A stretch of 64,000 nt of DNA, taken from assembly GCA_019828565.1 (NCBI GenBank), contig JAHDYR010000022.1, positions 124,001 to 188,000 of the forward strand. The letters run 5' to 3'. The notes under the pieces are model-generated. The model saw only the letters and a program-made list of their open reading frames with translations. It was not told the DNA's origin and searched no databases. Shown here in pieces: positions 19,308 through 29,149 of the stretch. The stretch comes from Carpediemonas membranifera BICM (Eukaryota > Protista > Fornicata). How positions within the stretch are numbered: position 1 is the first letter of the stretch; every line of letters begins with the position of its first letter. The translations under genes and the position numbers were made by a program.

Positions 19308-22300
19308 CTACAGGCTGAGTGTGAATCCATTTCCCACCTTCCTCAGGTTAAATCTGCTGCCCAGTTGAACTGCCGTCTCCTCTGACACAAAGACAGAACC
19401 CGGGTCACACCTCGTCTCATTCTCCACGGCTCTCATCACTGCGGGGCCAAGGACGTCGTAGCTGAAGCGATAAGAGCCGAATACAGAGCCGCAGGCGGCC
19501 CCGCTGCCGATGCCCGCTCGAGCGGAGAGAGTCACCGCGGGATCGATGGCGTTGAATGCTTCGATATCCCTAAGGATAGCGATGGCGGCGCGGCACGAAA
19601 GGAGGGCGTGGTTGGTAGCTCCGTCGAAGAGGCCGCTCACGTACATCAGACGGTCGCCCATGGTCTTGATCTTGGCCAGACCGAACTCCAATGCTCTCTG
19701 GTCAGCTAGGTCGACCACATAATTCAGGAAGTTAAAGCTTCTGTCCCCAACCTTTGTCGTGTCAATCCTTTCAGAGAAGTTGACAAAGTCGATGACAGTA
19801 ACTGAACACGAGCTGACTGAGTCGAACGCCAGTGCAAGGGGACTCTTTGGTTGGGCAACCAAGGTAGACAGTGTGCTATGTCTGTGGAGTCGCATCGGAG
19901 TTGAGCTCGAGTCAGTTTCAGGGAGGAACACGCGGTCGATGAGGTGGGACGGCAACATGGCGCATATGATAGTGTTGATGCGTGTCTGCCGCTTGAGATG
20001 AAGCAGCCTGAATGCATGGCCGAGGTCTCCGGTGTTACGGCTGAGGCCGGATAAAATCGGGACAAAGGCGATCAGGGGGAACATATGCCAGTGGTTGGCT
20101 AAGGGAGTCAACCCGAATAAAATAAGAAGTATAAGAATAATAATAAAAGCAGCTGCGTTAACTAGCAGGGTCAGCCTCAAGAATGACCGGCCGTGAATAG
20201 GCATAATCGAGGAGTACTGCAAATACAGTAGGGCCGCCGTGATGTAGATGCAGAGGGGTGTCAGATGGACATCGTCGTCAAGATACCGGATCGTAAAAAA
20301 ATACTGCGCATAAAGAGTATCCATGAAAAGATTCAGTAGTGACACGTTGACCAGGATAAACAGCGAGGACAGAGCATGCTTGGATCTGCCACTTAGACGA
20401 CTGCCCAGGTCATGGAAGGCCATTTTCACAGCGAGCTCAGCGATGATGACGGAGCCCCCCGCCAGCTGTAGCAAGTAGGGAACCGTTGGTACGAATGCGT
20501 GGGGGCGGGAGTCCTCAAGCTCCGCGAACTGCAGCAACGGGATGCACAGGGCGATGATTGAGTGAACGGCGAGGAGGATGAATGAAAAACCGCACGCCCC
20601 CACGATGGTGTGCCTGCTACTGTCTGCTGACTTGTTCCAGTATCTCTCGTAGTCCTGCGCGGGGCGGGTCAGCGGCAGACCGTGGAGCAGCCATCCAATG
20701 GCGTGTCTCAGTACAACACGCGGGGTCGACCGGAAAAGTCGGGCGTCTGAGGATAGCGTGCGGGTGCTGAGCACAATGCGGTGGTCGAATGCACTGGTAG
20801 TCAGCCCACTGACTCGGGCCATGGACGTCGCCCCAGTGAGCTCCTCGGTGGACGTGACGGCAGAGACAATGGCTGCGGACGACATGCCCTGGTTGAGTGG
20901 CATCTGCGCATGGTCGAAGTCCCTCCCCTTACCAGTGTAAGCAAGGTTGGCCACCACACCGATGCGAGCAGTCAGAGGCTGGTCTACCGCAGTACTGGAG
21001 GTGCTGTACGATAGAATCTGGGACTCAGCCCGTTGTATCGACTCAGACGAAGTCAGTCCAATGAGGTTCAAGTTCTGCATCCCCAGGGCGGTCGTGCTCA
21101 TCATAGGGGGCAGCGGATGGGGCCGGGGCAGTGGTGCAATGCTCTCACTGGTGTCCTGCGTCGTCAGGCCAGTCGAGTCGCTCACAGTCGTTGATAGAGT
21201 CGATGTCAATGATGAACTCTGGTGCAGTCGGCGGTCAAAGGGCGGGGCAATGGTGACGAGGCGGGTGCTGGGGTCGAGACTACCGGCCTTTGTCAGGTCA
21301 GGAAGGGCGGAGTCAGTCGACAGTATCTTGACGGATTGTGATCGGCGTCTTGGCATGTCATCGCCATCGGGTGCCCGGGGTGAGAACGTTGAGGGGTTCG
21401 AGTGTCTTGATATTGTCTCAGAATCCACCAACTCTGTCATATCCAGGTGGAGCGAGGACGCGATATTGAACCGCACAGTATTGAGACCGTTCCTGGGCAT
21501 ATCGCATGTATCTTCGTTATCAGATTCAGATCCACTAGATTCAGTCGGTGAGAAATCGACCGAGACGGGTGACTCGGACGCCATATCAGAGTCAATCGTG
21601 CCGGCCTCCACCTCGACTCTTTCAGCCGTCAGTCGCCGTCTTCCCGCGGGAATCTCGCCGAGGTGGCTAAACGGGGTGAGGTTGCTGAGGCTGAATCCAA
21701 GCACATCGTTGGCCGCTGTTTCAGATCCCATAGTCAGCCTGGTCTCGGTCTCACTTGCGATCTCGGGATCGGTACTATCGTCCACGGCGAGCCTGATGGC
21801 TGAAAGGGGCAGGGACGCGCTCGCTGTCACAGTTGTAGCGGCCGCACTGCTCGAATGGTCCTGGCCCAGCCCGTCGAATGACACGGCGACGTTCTCAGGA
21901 CGGGGTATGGGCAGCATCAGGGCCCCAGTGACGGGGGTGTCGGTGTCCCTGGTCAGTTCAGAGGCGACAGAATGCAGGTCAGTGGGCGGGGTGCGGGCCT
22001 CGAGCACGGCGACTGTGTCCTCTACTGCCAGGGGTCTGTTTGACGCGATTTCCTCGACCACCCGGCCGAGCTTGGCGTTCCTGCTGACAACCTCAGCCAG
22101 CCTGTGTCGGACGACCGGCAGGGGAAGCCTCTCAACCCACTCAACGTCCCTATGCTGGCTGTGACCCTCTATCTTCCCCATGGGCGTGGCTGAGCACAGG
22201 GCTGAGCAAAGCTCTCCCGCAGTGGCAAGCGTCCCTGGTTTGGCGTGGGAGAGCAGGATCATGGCGATGGACACCGCCGGCCCGAGCACCTCGACGTGCA

Positions 22301-23615
22301 TGGCAGTGTGGCCTACTGCCCCTAGCTGCATATGACCCGAAGCTGCGGATGCAGACCATGAGGCGTCCGACGTGTCCGTGAGGAGCTGTGCAGAGACCAT
22401 GATGAAGGAGGAAACCTTGAACAACGCATCCGCACCTACTGCGGCGACCATGTAGGTTGTCCCGAACGTATTGACCTTCTCCACTTCCATCTCGAGGGCT
22501 AGTTCGTCGAGAGCAACGAACGCTGCCTGGAGGAAGGAGACAAGCATGTGGGCCTTGGAAGTCTGGTCGACGTGGAGTCTGATCACACCCACTGCGGCGT
22601 CCTCGTGGTGCTCGCTCGTCTTCCCTTCGATGATTTGAGTGGTGCTATGGAAAGGCACTAAACTGCGGAGAATATTACTAGTGATATCTCCCAGATCAGC
22701 GGCCAGAGACTCGTTGATGAAGCTCAGCTTCTTCCTCCTCTCTACGCTGTACGTCACCGCCAGCGCCATGGCCTGGAACATGGTGAGCACCGCCCCCGTC
22801 GAGAAGAACGAGACTAGCGTTGGCCAGTTCGACCCGTGTGTGGCAGTGATGGAGTGTACTACTGATATTAGGAGCAGCATGAGGATGTTAGCAATGAACA
22901 GCGGGGCAAAGGGCACTGCCATGGTCAGACTATAGAACATGAGGTCGATGATGTGGAGGGGCACAGACATGAGGGGGAGATAGCCCGCTCCGGCTAGTAC
23001 TATGTTCGTCAGCGTGGTCATGAGGTATGCTATGCAGCTAACTGAGAGAACAATAGGTCCCATGGCCTTGCGGAGGGTGGGGAAGAGCAGGAGGAGGTGG
23101 CAGATCAGGATGATGGGGACATGGGCCACAGAGAGGATCCACGGCGGGTAGTAGACGTCTGTGAAGTCTGATAGGAACCTGAGGTAGATGAGATGCAGGA
23201 GACTGATGCTATACAGGCCTATCACTAGACGCCAGAAGGGCGGTGACCCCCATCGCCACAGATAGGCCCTAGATATGATCGGGTCGCAGATGTGGAGTCG
23301 GAAGAAGGTCACACGTGGGTTTCTGCTGCGGTGGCGTTGGACTGTGTCGACAAGGACCTCAAGGCCGTGAGTCAGGCCGTCCTGGCTTAGTACAGCCTCG
23401 TGCGTTGGTGAATGATGTGAATTGAATACATTGGCTGGAGTTGGTGACCTAAAAGTCCCTTTGAGGCTAACCATGGGCGAGAGAGCTGCGATGTGTGACG
23501 TAGAAAGCGGCGAGGACGTTGATTCGTCGCGAGTAAAACCATTATCGGCCACACTGGACGGAACTGGAGTGCTCCTATCGCTGAATGAGACGCTGGCTCT
23601 GTGCGTTCGTTTCAT
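19308..23615 (-). CDS. Class III nucleotidyl cyclase-like protein, 2x6 TM with two cyclase domains
   Basis: TM blocks each followed by a cyclase domain: EKVNTFGTTYMV..EVLGPAV and VIDFVNFS..KIKTMGDRLMYVSG..RAGIGSG..YDVLGPAV. Confidence 0.88.
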   Translation of the reverse strand: MKRTHRASVSFSDRSTPVPSSVADNGFTRDESTSSPLSTSHIAALSPMVSLKGTFRSPTPANVFNSHHSPTHEAVLSQDGLTHGLEVLVDTVQRHRSRNPRVTFFRLHICDPIISRAYLWRWGSPPFWRLVIGLYSISLLHLIYLRFLSDFTDVYYPPWILSVAHVPIILICHLLLLFPTLRKAMGPIVLSVSCIAYLMTTLTNIVLAGAGYLPLMSVPLHIIDLMFYSLTMAVPFAPLFIANILMLLLISVVHSITATHGSNWPTLVSFFSTGAVLTMFQAMALAVTYSVERRKKLSFINESLAADLGDITSNILRSLVPFHSTTQIIEGKTSEHHEDAAVGVIRLHVDQTSKAHMLVSFLQAAFVALDELALEMEVEKVNTFGTTYMVAAVGADALFKVSSFIMVSAQLLTDTSDASWSASAASGHMQLGAVGHTAMHVEVLGPAVSIAMILLSHAKPGTLATAGELCSALCSATPMGKIEGHSQHRDVEWVERLPLPVVRHRLAEVVSRNAKLGRVVEEIASNRPLAVEDTVAVLEARTPPTDLHSVASELTRDTDTPVTGALMLPIPRPENVAVSFDGLGQDHSSSAAATTVTASASLPLSAIRLAVDDSTDPEIASETETRLTMGSETAANDVLGFSLSNLTPFSHLGEIPAGRRRLTAERVEVEAGTIDSDMASESPVSVDFSPTESSGSESDNEDTCDMPRNGLNTVRFNIASSLHLDMTELVDSETISRHSNPSTFSPRAPDGDDMPRRRSQSVKILSTDSALPDLTKAGSLDPSTRLVTIAPPFDRRLHQSSSLTSTLSTTVSDSTGLTTQDTSESIAPLPRPHPLPPMMSTTALGMQNLNLIGLTSSESIQRAESQILSYSTSSTAVDQPLTARIGVVANLAYTGKGRDFDHAQMPLNQGMSSAAIVSAVTSTEELTGATSMARVSGLTTSAFDHRIVLSTRTLSSDARLFRSTPRVVLRHAIGWLLHGLPLTRPAQDYERYWNKSADSSRHTIVGACGFSFILLAVHSIIALCIPLLQFAELEDSRPHAFVPTVPYLLQLAGGSVIIAELAVKMAFHDLGSRLSGRSKHALSSLFILVNVSLLNLFMDTLYAQYFFTIRYLDDDVHLTPLCIYITAALLYLQYSSIMPIHGRSFLRLTLLVNAAAFIIILILLILFGLTPLANHWHMFPLIAFVPILSGLSRNTGDLGHAFRLLHLKRQTRINTIICAMLPSHLIDRVFLPETDSSSTPMRLHRHSTLSTLVAQPKSPLALAFDSVSSCSVTVIDFVNFSERIDTTKVGDRSFNFLNYVVDLADQRALEFGLAKIKTMGDRLMYVSGLFDGATNHALLSCRAAIAILRDIEAFNAIDPAVTLSARAGIGSGAACGSVFGSYRFSYDVLGPAVMRAVENETRCDPGSVFVSEETAVQLGSRFNLRKVGNGFTLSL

Positions 23616-23774
23616 CGCGCGATGATTCCTCCTAATTCTGCGGAAATTGACAAAAACTCATCTCGGGACGGCGGGTCTGGCTGGCCTCATCTCGCCATTT
23701 GACCCCCCTTATTGCAGCATTTCGGCAGTATCCTCCTGGTGTATCTCTTCCCAGAAGGTCACCGAAAGAGCAAC

Positions 23775-24226
23775 ATGGCCGAGGAGGAATTTTCCGAGGA
23801 AATCATCGAGGAACAGACGCAATACGCGCTGCTATCGATGCATGACGTTGCTATGAAGCCATTTATGGCTGGGGAAGAGCTTGATATCGCAGTTTGTTCA
23901 AATTAGCCCAAAAGAGCCGTTTACCCAGAATATCAACACAGAGAAGCCACTATTGAGGTTCCGAAACCGGGCCTATGAAGGAACGCTCGCAGAATCCGTT
24001 GGAACCTTCATGGCCTTCACTGCACCACCTCGTCTGTCCCCTCACCGCCCCTCACACAGTCCAGAACAGGTACATCCAGGACGAGAGAGACAGTATGAAG
24101 CACGTTATGAACATCAAGCGGGAGATCATGGCCACCAGGGTTGGTTTGACTGAGATTCACCCTGAGAAGATCCCCGCCAACTTCGAGGGCATGCACGAGA
24201 GACTGATGCGGGAGCGGGGCTTGTAG
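23775..24226 (+). CDS. TFIIIC subunit 6 (Sfc7/TFIIIC35)-like; join(23775..23891,23929..24031,24060..24226)
   Basis: NINTEKPLLRFRNRAYEGTLAESVGTFMAF matches the TFIIIC_sub6 motif (DTE.P.L.....F.G.....GT...F). Introns of 37 nt (GTTTGT..TTACCCAG) and 28 nt (GTCTGT..CTCACACAG) give one open frame. Confidence 0.75.
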
Positions 24227-24439
24227 GTGCGATTACCACGTCACATCCAGCCCTAGCAGGCGTTGGCCGATTTGATGGAGTCAATATGTTATCGCCGCTC
24301 GAATTGATCAGGCTGAATAAACCTGTATAGCGACGACATGTAGAGTGTGATCATAGCCCCTGTCTTGCCCAGCCCCTCTTCAAATTTGATCCGGTCGATC
24401 GGCAGTTTAGCCCGCAGGCGACGCGTCAACAGTCAAACC

Positions 24440-25108
24440 ATGTCCTTTTCACAGGCTGCGACCATCTTGGCGAAGCAACTTAGAGAACTCCAACGCGAGA
24501 ATGCTGTAGAAGGTATCAGCGTGGGCCTGATTGACGACAGCAACATTTTTGAATGGCAGGTCATCATTTCGGGCCCATCCGACACCGATTAGTTTGTATA
24601 ACATGCATGGAACGATGTACACTATGATTGAAGCGTATTTCTGCTTGCAGGGTTGCTTTCCACGGTCTTTCCGGCTAGTTTGACCACAACAGCCCCGCGA
24701 ACAACATGCTCCTCAGTCACCACTATTCGATGCCCCACCGCACCATTACACAGCGAAGGCGGAATATTCAAGGCCATTCTCAAGTTCCCCCACGATTTCC
24801 CTCTCAATCCGCCCAAGATGAAGTTCATTTCAGAGATGTACCACCCCAACATCTACCCTGATGGCGACGTCTGCATCTCCATCCTCCACGCGCCCGGCGA
24901 CGACCCCATGCACTACGAGACGGCTGACGAGAGATGGCGTCCCGTGCACGGGGTCCAGTCTGTTCTTCTTTCCGTCGTTTCGATGCTGAACGAACCTAAC
25001 ACAGAATCTCCCGCTAACATAGAGGCCGCCAAGCTCAGTAGGGAGAACATGGGGGAGTTCAAGAAGCGCGTCAGACGTACCGTACGCAGGAGCCTTGAAA
25101 GCCTTTGA
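24440..25108 (+). CDS. UBC7: Ubiquitin-conjugating enzyme E2 (UBE2G/Ubc7); join(24440..24591,24754..25108)
   Basis: GPSDTD|YEGGIFKA, HPNIYPDGDVCISILHAPGDDP..YE..ERW.PV (acidic loop of Ubc7/Cdc34). 162-nt intron GTTTGT..ATTACACAG. Confidence 0.93.
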
Positions 25109-25688
25109 GATGCGTCTGTTATAAACCACACTGCATGCGGGGGTAGACTGGGATTCGGTAGGGTGCCGACTGGGATCATCGGTAGAGGTCGGGTTGGGTC
25201 TTGCCACGTGTCATAGTGTCATGAGGGTTTCATGCTCGATGTAATAGCTCTGGCGGTGAGTTGGACTGTGGAGTTGGACAAGGCTTACACGCGCGATTTA
25301 ATTCCTACACTGTTATTGAGGTATCTAAAACTGAATCTAGAATCTCACCTCAATCTTTTGACTCACTCGAGATCTCAACCAAAGGGACCATAACCATGCT
25401 CCTCCCACTTCATTGCACCATCTTTACCCATCCGTGAGGATCTTACGCCCAACATCACCGAAGTCTCGTGATTTCCTGCCGTCGCGGATCAGATCCAAAT
25501 CAGTCGAATGACTCACTCCATGAGCTTTATTAAAAATGAAGCGTGCATATAATTAGGAGGACAAACCAGGGAGATGCCAGGCAGGGTGCTAAGGGCCCTG
25601 TATCTAGGATATGGACCGTCCTCGAGATTCCCAGAAGACAACTCGAGACAAGACAGAAACTCATTTCGTCAAGTGGCGCGAATACAAC

Positions 25689-26860
25689 ATGGCGGACATC
25701 AGCATGAAGAAGACTCCTCTGTTTAACCTTCACACTCGTCTTGGTGGCGAGATGGTTCCTTTCGCTGGCTTTGCGATGCCTGTGAAGTATGATGGTGTTG
25801 GTATCATCGAATCCCACCTCCACTGCCGTAACAACGCCTCTCTGTTTGATGTTTCCCACATGGGCCAGGTGTACGTCGCTCCATTCGCCCCGTTGTCTCA
25901 CACAGCAAGCTCGGCGGCAAGGATCGTGAGAAGTTCCTCGAGAAGATCACCGTCTGCGACGTGACCCACATGGCCCCCCACCAGACCAAGCTCTCGGTCA
26001 TGACTACCCCTGAGGGCACCATCATCGACGATATGATGATCACTCGCCACGACGACCACTGCTTCCTTGTCCTCAACGCCGCCTGCTTCGCCAAGGATTC
26101 CGCTCACATCAAGAACATGATCAAGCAGCTCGGCATGGACGTCACCTTCGACGATATCTCCCCTGACCGCGCCCTCATGGCCATCCAGGGCCCCAAGGCC
26201 GCCCGCTCTCTCCAGAACATCGTCAAGGCCAACCTCGCTCAGCAGCCATTCATGTCCCAGCGCTCTGATGAGTTCAAGGGCGAGGAGATCCTTGTCTCTC
26301 GCTGCGGCTACACCGGCGAGGACGGCTTTGAGGTCTCTGTCCCGAACGCCCTTGCTGAGGACTTCGCCCAGTCCCTGCTTGACCAGGACGGTGTTGCCCC
26401 CTGCGGCCTTGGTGCCCGCGATTCTCTCCGTCTCGAGGCCGGCCTGTGCCTTTACGGCAACGACATCGACACCACCACCACCCCCATCGAGGCCAACCTG
26501 ACCTGGCTTATCACCAAACGCCGCCGTGCTGAGGGTGGCTTCATTGGCGACAACGTGATCATTCCCCAGATCAACGACCCCAAGCTGGTCACCCGCCGCC
26601 GTGTCGGTCTCTGCATCAAGGGCGCCCCCGCCCGCGAGCACACGCCCGTCTTCACCACAAGCGGTGCCCCTGCCGGCGAGATCACCTCTGGCCTCTTCTC
26701 CCCCTGCCTTAAGAAGCCGATCTCCATGGGTTACATTGACGTACCCCATCACAAGGCTGACACGGAGCTCCTCGTCGAGGTCCGCGGCCGGAAGCAGCCT
26801 GCCAAGGTCGTCAAGATGCCCTTCGTCCCCACTAACTACTACCGCGGCGCTACTAACTAA
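25689..26860 (+). CDS. gcvT: Glycine cleavage system T protein (aminomethyltransferase); join(25689..25870,25906..26860)
   Basis: KKTPL, GGEMVPFAGFAMPVKY, LFDVSHMGQ, SRCGYTGEDGFE, GLGARDSLRLEAGLCLYG, KMPFVPTNYY. 35-nt intron GTACGT..CTCACACAG. Confidence 0.96.
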
Positions 26861-26962
26861 GTACCATGGTAAATGATGCTTTACAAGCCCTTGTTTAGAA
26901 ATTATTGTCTTTGATCGGTCGCTGTTGATTGGCTCGGGCCTTTGACCTGGGCGGGGTCACCA

Positions 26963-28460
26963 TCACAGGATGCCATGCCGTAGGTGCGTGTTCTGTTGTC
27001 GGTGGCCAGGTGTCTGCCGAGGAGTTGAAGAATGTGTTTGTTCGACCATCCGGAGAGCCCGGGCGCCTACCGTGTCCAAGTCAGTCATGATCGCCTCACA
27101 TTCCTTCGTCAGGATTTCACTCGGCAGGGTCGGGGACGGGTTCGCCCACTTCAGAGACTCTGCCCTGGCCAGGGTCGTGCGTGGGAGAGGTACGGTTTCA
27201 TCTGCGCGCTCCGACGGGAATAGTCTGTGTACTTCCGCCACTATCTGCTCCTCCGACCACGCGGACTCGTGCCGTTGCCCCAACAGTTTCCGTGCTTTGC
27301 CGACCTGGCCTATCATGAAGACGTCCACTGCTTTCTCGACTTGTCTCCGTTGCTGATGGGTGCCTGTGCGGCGATTCACTGGTATGCCGCGTATAACACG
27401 TCTGACGGCGTTGCGGAAGCCGACTGCAGCGAACAACCCGCTGTGTGGCAAGCATCGGACAGTTACCTTACCTTACCTTGCTTTACCTTACAGCAAGTCG
27501 AGTTCTTCGTCTGACTCCTCGGCCTCGCCACCCGACGAGGACTCATAGTCTTCGTCCGAGCTGAGGATGAACGTCGGGTCCTTGGTGGTCCGACGGGACA
27601 GACTGGCTGGAGTCAGTCTCGTAGTCTGAGCCGACTACCTGCACGTATTCATCCGTGCTGCTCACCGAGCGGCCAGTGTTGCTGGGGCAGGATGACCGGC
27701 GTCGCTGCAGCATCGGTAGCGTGGCTGGGGAGGCTCGGAGAGTATGGTGCGGGACGGGACCAACGCGTGCCCAGAGGCCTCTCATGCCGGCTGCTAAGTG
27801 TTCGCGGAGGAGCCGACGGGCGGAGTGGCTCTGGGGCAGACGCAGGCGGCTCGTCGCACGGGGTCGGGGAGAGGATGTATGTCGGTGTCAGTGGGGCCAG
27901 GTGGGCGGCTCGTCGATCATGACGTCCTACTGGCCCTGCATCCCTGTCCATCGGCTGTGGTCGGGGGGGGGTGCGGTGGCGGGTCTGCGACCAACCGGCA
28001 CAGCCGGGGGCGACCTCGTTCCACCGTCCCCCACCCCCACGGCGGGCTCCGCCACAGGCGTGCACTGGGCGGCGTCGGGGGGTGGTCGGGATGACCCGGG
28101 GGCGGCTCTTCCTATGAAGAGCGCCCACGCGGCGGCGAACATTGTCGGCCACCACGGACCCATGGGGGGTCGCCGGGTACGGTAGAATTCACGAGCAACG
28201 CAATACCTCGAGGATTTACGAGGACCAGACTGGGTGGGCGTCTGGGAAGACTGGGCCTGGGGCTTCCCACCCCGGCCACGACCGCCTCCCCTGCCTCGGC
28301 CGTTGCCACGTCCGCGGCCACGTCTCTGTCCCTGGCCTCTACCTCCGAGTCCGCTTGCCGGGCGCCCGTATTGCCGCAGCATCGCCGCCTCGGCCTCGAC
28401 GAGGGTGACCAGCTCGCGCTAGCACCCTGCGCGTATCTCCAGGGCGTGCGCCTGCACCTC
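26963..28460 (-). mobile_element. Degenerate CRE/R2-like non-LTR retrotransposon remnants
   Basis: GQVGKARKLL..VHRLFP is followed, after a frameshift near 27068, by the RT domain-0 motif APGLSGWSNKHILQLL. The upstream GC-rich RGG/acidic segment has internal stops, and a (TAAGG)-like tract lies at 27463-27491. Confidence 0.6.
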
Positions 28461-28794
28461 ATCCCTCACCGGCTAATCTCTCGACGACTAGACCCACTAA
28501 CCATTGCTCTGTCTCGGGGGCATGGCCCACCGAGAAGATGTTGATTAAATACTGGGGCAAGGTGGCGTCGGAGAGAGGGAGGGAGTGGCGGGCGAGGATT
28601 GAGCGTGCCGACATCGTGGCGGAAGGCATGATACGCACCTCTATCTCGCTGCGTATGTCGTCGAACAGTCGCGGCTGTTGCTTGCTCGTTCGTGCTCATC
28701 AGCGTGATGGCGTGCCTATCCTGGAGAGATAGCAACACTGAGCTTGAGAAGAAGTTGGTGGACGATCTCTTTCCGCAGTCTCACGACATTTAGT

Positions 28795-29149
28795 CCCAAG
28801 GAGACCCACAGGAGAGGTGCCAAGCGAAAGACCATCCAATGCGCGAAGAAGACGTTGCTGCAGAAGCGCGCCAATGACGCCGAGAGCTCTGCTAAGTAAA
28901 TAGACAGTTTAAGACTTCTTCCACCAAGCGTATTGCTTTTTTCACCTTAAATCAACCACGAGCTTGTTTATTTTGAGTCCTGAATTAAGCAATCAAACAC
29001 TGTGTTTTGAGTGCTGAAAACAGGTGAATTGAGCGATGGACGATGAGGGAACGGATGTTACTATTAAGGTGAAGAAGTCTCGTAACAAGGTACTTTGCAC
29101 GTTTATAGTGCAGATGAAGCAAGAGTGGACAGCTATGGAAGCCTTCGTG
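28795..29149. repeat. 355-bp exact direct repeat, copy 1 (copy 2 at 32463-32817)
   Basis: CCCAAGGAGACCCACAGG...GAAGCCTTCGTG is identical at an offset of 3668; it includes the left end of the Tc1-like element. Confidence 0.96.

Noticed and set aside
20947-22164. Long antisense ORFs (also 34589-35416, 25898-26752 and others)
   Set aside because: Shadows of GC3-rich genes on the opposite strand.
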